Shown here one piece after another: positions 9,709-21,778 of a DNA stretch of 64,000 bases. The first letter of the stretch is position 1, and the number at the start of each line of letters is the position of its first letter. Source of the stretch: Planctomycetota bacterium (GTDB lineage: Bacteria > Planctomycetota > B15-G4 > JADJEK01); assembly GCA_044225365.1 (NCBI GenBank), contig JBGAIQ010000018.1, positions 48,119 to 112,118 on the forward strand, read 5' to 3'. A model generated the notes under the pieces. The model was not told where the DNA came from. It did not search any database and worked only from the letters and a program-made list of their open reading frames with translations. A program made the position numbers and the translations under genes.

Positions 9709-11226
9709 ATGCGAAAGAACATGCGATTCACCCGTCCACACGCTTCATCGTTCCTCCTCGCCGCTCTCGCAGCGGCGGTCCCGTGCGCGATCGCGATCGC
9801 CGACACCGTCACCAAGAAGGACGGAACGAAGATCGAAGGCAAGATCATCGAGCAGAACGACGCCGGCGTGACGATCGACACCACGCTCGGTCAGCTCAAG
9901 ATCCCGAAGGCGGACATCAAGGACGTTCAGACCGGCAAGACGTCCGCCGAGCAGTTCCAGGAGAAATGGGACGCGGTCGACCGCAAGGACGCGAGCGCAC
10001 TGCTCGATCTTGCGAAGTGGTGCGAAGAGAACAAGCTCTCGCGTGAAGCGAAGAAGGTCTATCGCGAGATCGTCGACAAGGTCGAACCGAACAACGAGGC
10101 GGCGCGCCGCGCTCTCGGCTTCGTGAAGGTCGGAGACACCTGGAAGACGAAGACCGAGATCGACGCCGAGAAGAAGGCTGCGGACGACAAGGCCAAGGCC
10201 GAGAAGAACAAGAACGCGAAGCCCGACAAGGCGAAGACCGACAAGAACAAGAAGTCGGGCAAAGCCACCGCGGGCGGCGACCTCGAATTCCCGCCGGACA
10301 TCAAACCGTTCATCGAGGCGGGCAAGGAGAACGCGACGGAGGACAAGAAGCTCGCGTCGTCGATGAAGGACGACCTGAGTCGAAACTTCTCGACGCTCAC
10401 CTCCGAGAACTTCCGAATGGCGATCCAGCTCCCACCGGACGACGCCGCCACCCATCTGAAGATTGCCGAGAAATGCCTGTTCGACGCCAACGGCATGTTC
10501 GACCTCGGCGCGGACAACAAGACGTGGAGCGGCAAGATGATGATCTTCGAAGTCAACCAGAAGGGTGACTTCCACGATCTCACCAACTGGGTCCACAAGA
10601 ACTACGCCGAGATCCCGGACCAGATGCGGAAGTCGAACAAGGACTCCGGCGGCCTAACCTTCGGCTCCCCGAAGGGCCCGGTGTGCACGTTCTATGAATC
10701 GGGTGTTCCGCTCAAGAATGCGATCCCCCAGTGGGTCGGGATGTTCTTCATCACCGGTTACTCACGCAACGGCGTCCGCGAGTGGATGCGTCAGGGCTTC
10801 GCGATGAACCTCGCGATCCACGAGTTCGGCGTGAGCCTCCTCACGTTCGTCACCGACACGAAGTACGAGAACAACGTCGAGATCGCCGACAAGAACTCGG
10901 ACAACGCCTACAAGCTGCTCTGTTGGGACATGATCGAAGGCCGCCTCGAGACGGGCACGCATCCGTGGAACGAGCTGCGCAAGAAGGACCTCAACGCTCT
11001 CGACTACGCGGATCTCGCGAAGAGCTGGAGCATGGTCGACTTCCTCATGAACGAGAAGAAGGAAGAGCTGAAGAAGTTCCTCGCCATCTGCGCTCAGCAC
11101 AAGGACGAGGAGGACGCGCTCCGCGCCGCCTTCGGCTTCGATGGCCTCGAACTCGACAAGCAATGGGAAGCCTACGTTCGCGCGAACTACGAGAAGGCGC
11201 CGCCCTCAGCGCCGAAGAAGAAGTAA
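9709..11226 (+). CDS. Secreted protein, paralogue-like to upstream gene
   Basis: Signal peptide ending AIA-DTVTKKDGTKIEGKI. LAKWCEENKL...PNNEAARRALG segment is shared in form with the upstream gene. Lys-rich linker, then REWMRQGFA and KSWSMVDFLM. Alternative start at 9721. Confidence 0.82.
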   Translation: MRKNMRFTRPHASSFLLAALAAAVPCAIAIADTVTKKDGTKIEGKIIEQNDAGVTIDTTLGQLKIPKADIKDVQTGKTSAEQFQEKWDAVDRKDASALLDLAKWCEENKLSREAKKVYREIVDKVEPNNEAARRALGFVKVGDTWKTKTEIDAEKKAADDKAKAEKNKNAKPDKAKTDKNKKSGKATAGGDLEFPPDIKPFIEAGKENATEDKKLASSMKDDLSRNFSTLTSENFRMAIQLPPDDAATHLKIAEKCLFDANGMFDLGADNKTWSGKMMIFEVNQKGDFHDLTNWVHKNYAEIPDQMRKSNKDSGGLTFGSPKGPVCTFYESGVPLKNAIPQWVGMFFITGYSRNGVREWMRQGFAMNLAIHEFGVSLLTFVTDTKYENNVEIADKNSDNAYKLLCWDMIEGRLETGTHPWNELRKKDLNALDYADLAKSWSMVDFLMNEKKEELKKFLAICAQHKDEEDALRAAFGFDGLELDKQWEAYVRANYEKAPPSAPKKK

Positions 11227-11251
11227 CGCGTCGACCGGCGCTGAAAGCACA

Positions 11252-11287
11252 CGGGGCGGTGGAGTCCGAGCGGACACCATCGCCCCG
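11252..11287. terminator. Long GC-rich hairpin between convergent genes
   Basis: CGGGGCGGTGG-A-GTCCG / CGGAC-A-CCATCGCCCCG, lying between the stops at 11226 and 11317. Confidence 0.5.
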
Positions 11288-11316
11288 AATCGTTGCAGGC
11301 GAGACTCGGAAAGCTC

Positions 11317-12348
11317 TCACCCTCCGGCGGGGCTCAGGCTCTCGATCATGCTCTTCACTTCTTCGGGCTCGACCTTGCCCTCGATGTGAATCGTCGTGCC
11401 GTCCACGTCGAAGTAGGTCTTCACGTAGCCGCCGAGCACGTCGAAATGGACGTGGAGCGGAGCGTTGTCGGGGTAGTTGGGAGGCTCGATCTCGGGAGTG
11501 CCCGTCGCAGCGTACTGCGCTACGAAGATCTCCTGGAGACCGTCGGTGTACGAGAACGTCAGCACGGGGTGCGTGGCGATCGTTGCGAGCTTCACGGACG
11601 CGAGCGAGAAGCCACTCGGGATGTACGAGGAGACGAAGGACTTGAAGTTGACGAGACCCGCGAATTGCGTGCTCGACACGTCGACGGGCGGCGTGATCGG
11701 CAGATCGGGGAACGCGTCCTTCTTGGCGTTGTACGTGAAATCGACCTCGATCGTCTCCATCTCCGCAGCGAGCGCGTCGGTCGGGAGGTACTCGAGATAC
11801 TTGAGGGTGACGTAGGTCTCCATATCGGACCACACGAGATAGTGTGGACGATCGGATTGCTTCGGATTGACCTCGGACACGACGCACGGTCGCCCCGCCA
11901 CCACCGCCGTGGCGGAGAGCGGATTCACCGTGTAGTTCTGGAGGAAACGCCCGGCGTCACGGATCGCGAAGTCACGACCCGACGCGACGAAGCGACCACG
12001 GCCACCGTCCAGCAACTTCTGCATGAGCTGGAACTGCTGATACTCCTCCGGTGTCATCGTCTGCGGCGTGTCGCCGTTGAGCATGAGCAGTTCGACTCGC
12101 GAGCGGCCATCGTCTGCCTGGACGAACTTCTCCGTGTAGCTTGCGATCTCGGGCCCGGAGAACGAGGTGTACCGCCGCACCGCGAGGAAATCGGCCTTCT
12201 TCGAAGCCGACACCGCAGCACTCGACCCGAATCCCGAAGCCGCGAACTTGTTGCCCGGGCCGCAGGCGGTGACCGATGTCAGGATCAACGCGACGGGAAG
12301 CCCAGTGAGCGCCAACCAACGACGGTGATCGAAACGGAAGCGAGTCAA
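11317..12348 (-). CDS. MucB/RseB-like sigma-E regulatory protein, predicted lipoprotein
   Basis: TTG start after GGAGG overlaps the anti-sigma stop. Lipobox-like VTA-C. Motifs NY...VAGRPC...VWSDMETYVTLK and FSYTDGL. Third gene of an ECF operon. Confidence 0.75.
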   Translation of the reverse strand: MTRFRFDHRRWLALTGLPVALILTSVTACGPGNKFAASGFGSSAAVSASKKADFLAVRRYTSFSGPEIASYTEKFVQADDGRSRVELLMLNGDTPQTMTPEEYQQFQLMQKLLDGGRGRFVASGRDFAIRDAGRFLQNYTVNPLSATAVVAGRPCVVSEVNPKQSDRPHYLVWSDMETYVTLKYLEYLPTDALAAEMETIEVDFTYNAKKDAFPDLPITPPVDVSSTQFAGLVNFKSFVSSYIPSGFSLASVKLATIATHPVLTFSYTDGLQEIFVAQYAATGTPEIEPPNYPDNAPLHVHFDVLGGYVKTYFDVDGTTIHIEGKVEPEEVKSMIESLSPAGG

Positions 12349-13034
12349 CGCCCACCTCCGCCTGCGTCCCTGCGACTCGAAGGAATCGAATCCGAACGTG
12401 CACGTTCGAAGCGGCTCGGACCGAACGGAACGGCGATCGGATCGACGGTGACGAAGTTCTCGCGGGTCGCCGATTGCGCGACCCCCGGCCGAACCACGTT
12501 GAAGTCCGAAGCGAATCGGAACGAACCCACACGATGCGCCGAGCGACCGGAGAGCAGTGTCGACGAAACGCCGAGCAGCAACAACGCAGCAACCGCCGCG
12601 CGCAGCAGCTCCGCGCCGGATGGCCGATAAGCGCGACGTCGCGCCGCCAGCGCCGTTCGAGCCCGTTCGGCATGGATTCCGCCGAGCACCCGGTCGGCAA
12701 AGCCCTGCGGCGCGGATCGCCGCGGCAGCAGACCGAGGGTCGCTTCGATGCCGGAGACACTGCGCGCATGCGTTGCGGACGCTCGTTGTGAAGCGTGCGC
12801 GAACCCGGCCATTCGCTGGGTGAAGAGACGCACGGATTCGGGCGCGGGGACTCGCGGAAGCGTCGCCACGAGCGTACGCAGGCAACGGGCACGTTCGACG
12901 CGAGAACGCAGATCGGGGACGCACTCGAACATCGACTCGAATCGTCGGCCATCCTCGGCCGACAGCCCCCCATCGATGTACTCGACGATGAGTTCGTCGA
13001 TCGATTCGCGTCCGAAGGCAGCGGGATCGATCAT
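12345..13034 (-). CDS. Membrane-anchored anti-sigma factor
   Basis: ATGA overlap with the sigma stop. LIVEYIDGGLSAEDGRRFE is an anti-sigma-domain start. One TM segment (AAVAALLLLGVSSTLL). Confidence 0.8.
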   Translation of the reverse strand: MIDPAAFGRESIDELIVEYIDGGLSAEDGRRFESMFECVPDLRSRVERARCLRTLVATLPRVPAPESVRLFTQRMAGFAHASQRASATHARSVSGIEATLGLLPRRSAPQGFADRVLGGIHAERARTALAARRRAYRPSGAELLRAAVAALLLLGVSSTLLSGRSAHRVGSFRFASDFNVVRPGVAQSATRENFVTVDPIAVPFGPSRFERARSDSIPSSRRDAGGGGR

Positions 13035-13636
13035 CCTTCCCCCCTGCCCGAGAGCGCGTCGAGAGCTGGCTTGAGCAGCCCTTCCAGGTTGGCATGCGCG
13101 CGATTCAGTCGAGACTTCACCGTTCCGACCGAGCACTCGAGCACTTCGGCAACTTCGTCGTAGGACAGCCCCTCGATGTAGCGCAGGACGACGATCGATC
13201 GGAGCTTCGGGCTGAGACGGGTGATCGCAGCCTGGACCTTGCTCTCGACGAATTCAGCCTCGCTCCAGGCATCCGCACCAGATGCACCCTCGTCCGCAAG
13301 TCCGGCGAGAGCGACTCCGCCTGCTCCGTTCTCCGACAGCATCGGCGGCAGCGCATTCGTTCGGCGGCGTTTGTCGATGCTCAGGTTCACGGTAATGCGG
13401 TAGATCCACGTAAAGAGACGAGAACTGAATTGGAATTCGCCCAGCTTGCGGAAGATGGTCAGGAACACTTCCTGCGCAACGTCCGCCGCATCGGCCGAAT
13501 TGCCAAGAACGCGAAGGGCAGTGTTGAAGACCCGGTCCTGGAAGCGCTCGACCAGCTCCCGGAACGCGGCTTCGAACTCCGCCGGATCGCCTGATTGGCA
13601 GCGGCGGACGATCTCGAAATCGTTATCGTCAGTCAT
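13031..13636 (-). CDS. ECF sigma-70 factor (RpoE/SigW-like)
   Basis: Region 2 DAADVAQEVF...FTWIYRITVNLSID. Region 4 EGLSYDEVAEVLECSVGTVKSRLNRA. Confidence 0.95.
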   Translation of the reverse strand: MTDDNDFEIVRRCQSGDPAEFEAAFRELVERFQDRVFNTALRVLGNSADAADVAQEVFLTIFRKLGEFQFSSRLFTWIYRITVNLSIDKRRRTNALPPMLSENGAGGVALAGLADEGASGADAWSEAEFVESKVQAAITRLSPKLRSIVVLRYIEGLSYDEVAEVLECSVGTVKSRLNRAHANLEGLLKPALDALSGRGEG

Positions 13637-13656
13637 CCCGTCGCCTGCACGGTCGT

Positions 13657-13685
13657 TTCGACGCAGCTCCACGAACGTAAGTTCC
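13657..13685 (-). promoter_or_regulatory. Putative autoregulatory sigmaE-type promoter
   Basis: GGAACTT (13685-13679), 16-nt spacer, GTCGAA (13662-13657), ending about 20 nt before the sigma ATG. Confidence 0.75.
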
Positions 13686-13807
13686 GCACAAACCGTCCGC
13701 AAAACGAACGCCGACTGGTTCCGAGACATTTCCGTAAGACTTTACGGATCCGAGCCTTGTGAAATCCGAATCAAGCCTTCGCCAGAGCAGGCGGATTCGG
13801 GAGCGCG

Positions 13808-13832
13808 AAAAAAATGGGAGCGAACCGCTCCC
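13808..13832 (-). terminator. Rho-independent terminator
   Basis: GGGAGCG-GTT-CGCTCCC followed by ATTTTTTT, just after the stop at 13836. Confidence 0.8.
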
Positions 13833-13835
13833 GGC

Positions 13836-14819
13836 TCAAAGGCCGAGGAGCAAGTCGACGTCGAGAACGATCTTGTCGTCCGCCGCGGACCCCGTCATCG
13901 AGCAAATCCCGCCGTTACAGGCGAACGTCCCCGTGGTGCATCCGATCGACAGCACGACGCTCTGCAGGACGCCCGGCGTCTCGGTCGGGATCTGGGTATC
14001 GACCGACCCGCAGACCTCGTTCGAATCCCAGCCCAAGACCGATCCGTTCGTGTCCTGCGGTTCCGCCGAGCCCCCGTCGCTTCCGCCGTCCGAACTTCCA
14101 CCGCTCTTGAGCGGGGTGTAGACCCATCGGAAGAACTTGCCGTTGTGGGCAGCAAGCGTGATCGAATCGCCAATCGGCTCGGCGGCGACATGACCAACGG
14201 CCGCGAAGGCGACCGACCCGTATCCTCGGATCGTCTCGGTCGGAACCCGGAACGTCAGGATCGCCATCTGATACGGGCCCCAGAACGCGAAGCTCACGTC
14301 GGACAGCAAGGCCGGGAGCTGGTCGGTCATGTCGACGAGCGAGTGAGCCCCGGTCGGCGACTTCGCCGCGACGTAGAGCTTGAATCCGTCGATCAGCGAG
14401 AGCGCACCCGGGATGATGTACAGGGAGACGACGATGTCGGAACCCTGCTGGTACGAACCGATCGTCAATTTCGGCACGACCGGGTGAACGACGCCCGGGG
14501 AGAACACGTCATGTCGACCCGACAGGCAGAACTCGAAGCCGTCCGGCTGCCCATCGCCATCGCAATCCGGATTCATCGGGGACGCATCCCACGCCGGATT
14601 CGAGGAGACGACGTTGAGGTAGGACTCGAAGCTATCGGGCAGTCCGTCGAGGTCGGAATCCTGATTCGCCGTCGAACCCGATCCCGCATACGCCACCGTA
14701 TCCGTGCGCGAAACGCCCAATGCGAGCAGGATCGCAAATACCACGATGCCACAACGACGCCACGCGGGGGCGCCCTGACGGCTTCGAGAATGGGCAACGG
14801 GTGCGGCGATGGGAGTCAC
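13836..14819 (-). CDS. Hypothetical secreted protein with Ca-binding DxDxDG (TSP3-like) motifs and Cys-containing C-terminus
   Basis: Hydrophobic leader CGIVVFAILLALGV. Motifs DSDLDGLPDSFE and DCDGDGQPDGFE. Has its own terminator. Confidence 0.8.
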   Translation of the reverse strand: MTPIAAPVAHSRSRQGAPAWRRCGIVVFAILLALGVSRTDTVAYAGSGSTANQDSDLDGLPDSFESYLNVVSSNPAWDASPMNPDCDGDGQPDGFEFCLSGRHDVFSPGVVHPVVPKLTIGSYQQGSDIVVSLYIIPGALSLIDGFKLYVAAKSPTGAHSLVDMTDQLPALLSDVSFAFWGPYQMAILTFRVPTETIRGYGSVAFAAVGHVAAEPIGDSITLAAHNGKFFRWVYTPLKSGGSSDGGSDGGSAEPQDTNGSVLGWDSNEVCGSVDTQIPTETPGVLQSVVLSIGCTTGTFACNGGICSMTGSAADDKIVLDVDLLLGL

Positions 14820-14986
14820 CTGAGGGATTCTCGGCGCGAGGAAACGCGAGGGAAAGGCGCCCTCGCGCGGGATGAATCATATATCGCCCACCCCCGTCCA
14901 AGCAACGCATCCTTCAGCGAGTTGGAGAATCTACGAAGTTCTCCGGACTCCGCCAAACTCATGATTGAAACGGATTTCAGGACCGA

Positions 14987-17605
<2,619 letters not shown>

Positions 17606-17630
17606 GGCGAACCCTCCACGGCGCGCTTCA

Positions 17631-17646
17631 TGCATCCGCCATGCCG
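17631..17646 (-). promoter_or_regulatory. Candidate sigma54 (-24/-12) promoter for clpB
   Basis: CGGCAT-GGCGG-ATGCA has exact GG-N10-GC spacing, 25 nt before the ATG. Confidence 0.5.
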
Positions 17647-17821
17647 GGCAAATCGGCGCTCGGGATGACGTTTTTGCCGCGAGATCGAGAGCGAACGCGT
17701 CAGAAATTCGACGCTCGACCGCGCAGCGCGACGAATCGACGCGTCGCGATCGTCGGCGAGGCCGCTCCGCCCCACACCCGGCGTTCGTTTTCCCGCGGCG
17801 AAATCCCCGCAGCCGTCGCGG

Positions 17822-19243
17822 TCAGCGCTTCTCGGGAACGGTCGTGACATGGATCCGCGGGATCATGTCCGTCCACTCGGAGCGGGGAATCTCGAGTCTC
17901 GACTCGATCGCGGCGGGATCGCTCTCCACCGCTTCCAACAGGCAGGTCGAGGCCAGCGAGGGGTCCTTCGGAGGTGGGAACGCCGTCCCTCCGATCGATC
18001 GCAACAAGCCACTCGTGGAGAACCTCACGAACCCGATTCGATTCGAGAGCGCGACGCCGCCCGCGCGCGTGGGCTCGCCGGCGACGGCGAGGAGGAATCG
18101 CTGCGGCCTGTCGTCCGCGAATCCGAGCGCCGTTCGGCGATCGTCGTTCGCCGTCCGAGCACCCGCGGCCGCGAGCGCCGTGGAGAGCGCGGGACTTGGT
18201 TCCCGTAGCTTCGCGCCACAGACGAGCAATGCCAGCGACTCGGACCCGCCGTGCACCAGGACGCGCGTTTCCTCGAAGTCCGCGTCGAACCGTTCTCGCG
18301 ATGCAGGATCCGCTTCTTCCTGCACGATGAGCGAGAGGAGATCCTTGAGATCGACGCCGATCTCCCCCTCGAGAAGTGCTCGTGGGAACGCGTCCACTTG
18401 ACTGGGAGGCGGATTCGGCGCAATCGAGCGCGCTCGCCCCATGGCCAAGAAGCCCGCGGATCCCGACCGTAGGACGACGCGACCGCGCACGCGGAGGGCG
18501 TCGGAGTCGAATCCGATCCGTAGTTCGACCGAGTCGACATCGGCGAGGATCCGTTCGACGACGGGCAACAGGAGATCGAATCGCGCGGCAACGAGGGCGT
18601 CGCGCGCAAAGGCCATCCGCGAGAGATGCGCGAGCCCGATCCAGCGCGGCGCCCAGGTATCCCGGCCCCTCGCGAGATCGAGTCGCGCGGCGACATCGAC
18701 TCGCTCGCTGCGCGATCGAGCGCGCTCGCGTCCGAGATGGCGGTCCAGGTAATCGGCGAGCGCCGGCCCACTCTCCGGGTGCTTCAGCGCGAACGCGTAG
18801 GCGCCGTTCGTGAGGACGACGCGATCGTCCTTCGGATCGTTCGGGTTCGAGGCGCTCGGCGCCGGGGCAGGATTCCTTGCGGCCGCCCCATCCGCCATCC
18901 GCACGCCGAACTCGATTCGCTCGAGCGATCCGTCGTCCCAGGCGACGAACAGCGATCCGAACGGCGCCTCGGCGGCGAGTTGTCCGCTCGCGGCCAGTCG
19001 CGCATCGACGCCGATCCGCTCCTGGATCGACGCGGCGTCGACGAGTTCGGGCGGCGCATCGAGGGCCGTCGCATAGAACTGGGCGATGCGGCGGGCAGCG
19101 GTTCGCGCTCCGAAGACCGCGAGGTGGCCGACGATGACTCCGTCGTCGAGCGCAATCGGCTCGTCGCTCGCCCACGCCGGATCGGCCGGGGCGAGCAGGC
19201 CCAGGAACAACAGGCACGAGCGACCCGATCCAACCCGATTCAA
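17822..19243 (-). CDS. Hypothetical exported protein
   Basis: TTG start 7 nt after GAGGAG. Signal-like LLFLGLLAPADPAWA. Fills the gap between clpB and queG. No family recognised. Confidence 0.6.
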   Translation of the reverse strand: MNRVGSGRSCLLFLGLLAPADPAWASDEPIALDDGVIVGHLAVFGARTAARRIAQFYATALDAPPELVDAASIQERIGVDARLAASGQLAAEAPFGSLFVAWDDGSLERIEFGVRMADGAAARNPAPAPSASNPNDPKDDRVVLTNGAYAFALKHPESGPALADYLDRHLGRERARSRSERVDVAARLDLARGRDTWAPRWIGLAHLSRMAFARDALVAARFDLLLPVVERILADVDSVELRIGFDSDALRVRGRVVLRSGSAGFLAMGRARSIAPNPPPSQVDAFPRALLEGEIGVDLKDLLSLIVQEEADPASRERFDADFEETRVLVHGGSESLALLVCGAKLREPSPALSTALAAAGARTANDDRRTALGFADDRPQRFLLAVAGEPTRAGGVALSNRIGFVRFSTSGLLRSIGGTAFPPPKDPSLASTCLLEAVESDPAAIESRLEIPRSEWTDMIPRIHVTTVPEKR

Positions 19244-19405
19244 TCGAAGACTCCTCGACGAAACGCGGGAGACAGCCGTCCATCCATCCCGCGGACCGCG
19301 ATTCAAGGCGATGCCGCGCCACAAGCAAGAGCGGACGGCCTCCCGTCTTCGATCTCCGTGAACATCCTCTACCACTTGGTGGGCCGGTTCGCGAAGATCG
19401 CTGTG

Positions 19406-20518
19406 ATGGCGACGTCCCTCGACGCATCGATTCGGCTGCGCGCGCGCGAACTCGGCTTCCAGGCCGTCGGCGTCACTCGCGTCGATCCAACGCTCGATCC
19501 TAGAGGGAGTCTCCTCGACTGGATCGCAAAGGGTCATCACGGCGCCATGCAGTACCTCGCGCGCGAGCCAGCCCGCCGAACGGATGGGCGCGGCCTCCTG
19601 GCGACCGCTCGCTCGATCGTCGTCGTGGCGGCAGCTTATCCACGGACCTCGGTCGGTGCGCCGCTCGCCGGCTACGCCCGTCTGCAGGACTACCACCTGC
19701 GGATGACGGCGGCCCTGCGCGCGCTGCTGGAGTCCATTCAAGTGCTCGCGCCCGGTACCGAAGGAGTCGTCGCCGTCGACACCAAGCCCGTCCTCGAACG
19801 CGCGGCCGCCGCCCGTGCGGGCATCGGCTTCATCGGGAAGAACACGATGCTGATGGACGTCGAGCGCGGGCCATGGCAGATGCTCGGTTGCCTCGTGCTC
19901 TCGCTCGAACTCGAACCCGATGCCCCGCAGAAGAGCCGGTGCGGGACCTGCACTCGCTGCCTCGACGCTTGTCCGACCCGCGCGTTCGTTGCGCCCTACG
20001 TCCTCGACGCGCGGAGGTGTCTGTCCTACTGGACGATCGAGCATCGGGGGGCGTGGCCACGTGAATTCCGCGAGAAGCTCGGTGGTCGGATCTTCGGGTG
20101 CGACGACTGTCTCGCGGTCTGTCCGTACCCGCGTCGCAGCGACGGACGCCATTCCACACTGCTTCCGATCGCCGACGAACTCGTGAATCTCGACCCGCGA
20201 GAGACTCTGCGGCGGTGCGAAGCGAGCTTCCAGCGCCACTTCAAGCGCTACGCGATCCAGCGCGCGGGCAAGGCCGGCTTGCAACGCAACGCGATCACCG
20301 CCCTCGGGAATACAGGGGGCGAGGCCGATGTCGATCTCCTGGAGCGTTACCTGCAGCACCCCGATCGCGGCGTTCGATCGCATGCTGCCTGGTCCCTCGG
20401 TCGCATCGGCGGCACGAAGGCCAGGATCGCGCTCCTCGCCGGACTCGGTCGCGAGATCGACGACGTCGTGAAGAGCGAGATCCGCGACGCTCTCGCGATG
20501 GAGCCACGCGATGCGTGA
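19406..20518 (+). CDS. queG: tRNA epoxyqueuosine(34) reductase QueG
   Basis: ARELGF, DYH, VDTKPVLER, GFIGKN, CGTCTRCLDACPT, RCLSYWTIE, FGCDDCLAVCP, and a C-terminal HEAT repeat. Confidence 0.95.
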   Translation: MATSLDASIRLRARELGFQAVGVTRVDPTLDPRGSLLDWIAKGHHGAMQYLAREPARRTDGRGLLATARSIVVVAAAYPRTSVGAPLAGYARLQDYHLRMTAALRALLESIQVLAPGTEGVVAVDTKPVLERAAAARAGIGFIGKNTMLMDVERGPWQMLGCLVLSLELEPDAPQKSRCGTCTRCLDACPTRAFVAPYVLDARRCLSYWTIEHRGAWPREFREKLGGRIFGCDDCLAVCPYPRRSDGRHSTLLPIADELVNLDPRETLRRCEASFQRHFKRYAIQRAGKAGLQRNAITALGNTGGEADVDLLERYLQHPDRGVRSHAAWSLGRIGGTKARIALLAGLGREIDDVVKSEIRDALAMEPRDA

Positions 20519-20951
20519 CTCCATACCACGACCCACGATTCGATCGATGATCGCCTGCGCGCTGATGTCCGTCCTCGTGCTCACAGCACTGTCGGTCGAC
20601 CCCGAACCCCGCGGACCGCTCGCGATCGCCGCCGACTTGTGGCTCCTGGGGCACGACGCCGAGGCGCGGCGATCGTTCGCGCGCGGTGAAGTCGCCTTGA
20701 TCGACGCGGGAGTCGATCCCTCGCGCTTCACTCTCTCGCTCGATCTCACTCCGCGGGGACATGGCGACTCGGATCGTGCGTTCGCCTTGCTCGATCGGCT
20801 GGCCCGCGACGATCGATCGAAGGCCGTCTATCGCGCGCTCTGGTTCGCCCGGGCTGGTGATCGCGAGGCTGCCCGCAACGCTCTACCCGCTCTGCCGAGT
20901 GGACAGGCTCCACGGCGACTCCTCGATCTCGTCGCGGCGCTGCGGGATTGA
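20511..20951 (+). CDS. Hypothetical protein with N-terminal hydrophobic segment
   Basis: Overlaps the queG stop. Leader MIACALMSVLVLTAL, Ala/Arg-rich helical body. Confidence 0.5.
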   Translation: MRDSIPRPTIRSMIACALMSVLVLTALSVDPEPRGPLAIAADLWLLGHDAEARRSFARGEVALIDAGVDPSRFTLSLDLTPRGHGDSDRAFALLDRLARDDRSKAVYRALWFARAGDREAARNALPALPSGQAPRRLLDLVAALRD

Positions 20952-21018
20952 GCGACTCGGCTTCTCGACCGTCGACTATCCTTCCGTGCTTCCTGGTACA
21001 CCCTGGCGGATCGCCCCC

Positions 21019-21732
21019 ATGAAATCGACTCTCCCTTCGCCCTGCGCCGTCCTTGGTCTCACCGGTGTGGTCGCTGGCCTCTTCGCATGTGCGTCACCGC
21101 CTTCGAAGGACGCTGCGTCGCCGTCGAACGCTCCGTCGGAGTCTGCGCTCGCCGTGAAGCAACCAGCTCATCCGTTCGCGAAGGACTTCGAACCTCCGCG
21201 CGCCCTCGACACCTCGCGCATCCATCTCGAGCCCCTAGGTCCCGAGCATACGAAGCTCGACTACGCGGCCTTCATGTCGAGCATCGATCACCTCCATCGA
21301 ACCTTGCATTGGGGATCGTGGCCGCGACCGGATTTCACGCTCGAGGACAACGAGAAGGACCTCGTCGATCATCGCCGCGAGTTCGACGCCCGCGAGGCCT
21401 ACGCATTCACGGTGCAAGCGGCCGATCGCACTCGCTGCGTCGGATGCATCTACCTCGACCCCGTGACGCAGGACGATCTCCCCGCAGGGACGCCGCCGGA
21501 GCCTGACGCGGCGTTCCTCGACTTCTGGGTCGTCGAGAACGAACTCGCGAACGATCTGGATCGCCATCTCCTCGAGTCCGTGCTCTCGTGGCTGCATCGC
21601 GATTGGCCGTTCTCCGCGATCTACGTCTCGCTCCATGTCGACAACGAGCGAGGAATCGCGATCGCCCGCGCGCTCGACCTTGCGGAGACCGCGGTGATCC
21701 CGATGAAGGACCACGTCGTGTTCCGGAGTTGA
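21019..21732 (+). CDS. GNAT-fold protein with lipoprotein signal
   Basis: Lipobox LFA-C. LEPLGPEH...DYAAFMSS...TLEDNEKDL..H..EF..REAYAFTV...VGCIYL and NERGIAIARAL resemble RimJ/RimL-type GNATs. Confidence 0.7.
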   Translation: MKSTLPSPCAVLGLTGVVAGLFACASPPSKDAASPSNAPSESALAVKQPAHPFAKDFEPPRALDTSRIHLEPLGPEHTKLDYAAFMSSIDHLHRTLHWGSWPRPDFTLEDNEKDLVDHRREFDAREAYAFTVQAADRTRCVGCIYLDPVTQDDLPAGTPPEPDAAFLDFWVVENELANDLDRHLLESVLSWLHRDWPFSAIYVSLHVDNERGIAIARALDLAETAVIPMKDHVVFRS

Positions 21733-21778
21733 TGTCGAGCGCGGGACTCTTCCGTCGCCGTGGATCCTGCGTCGAGCG

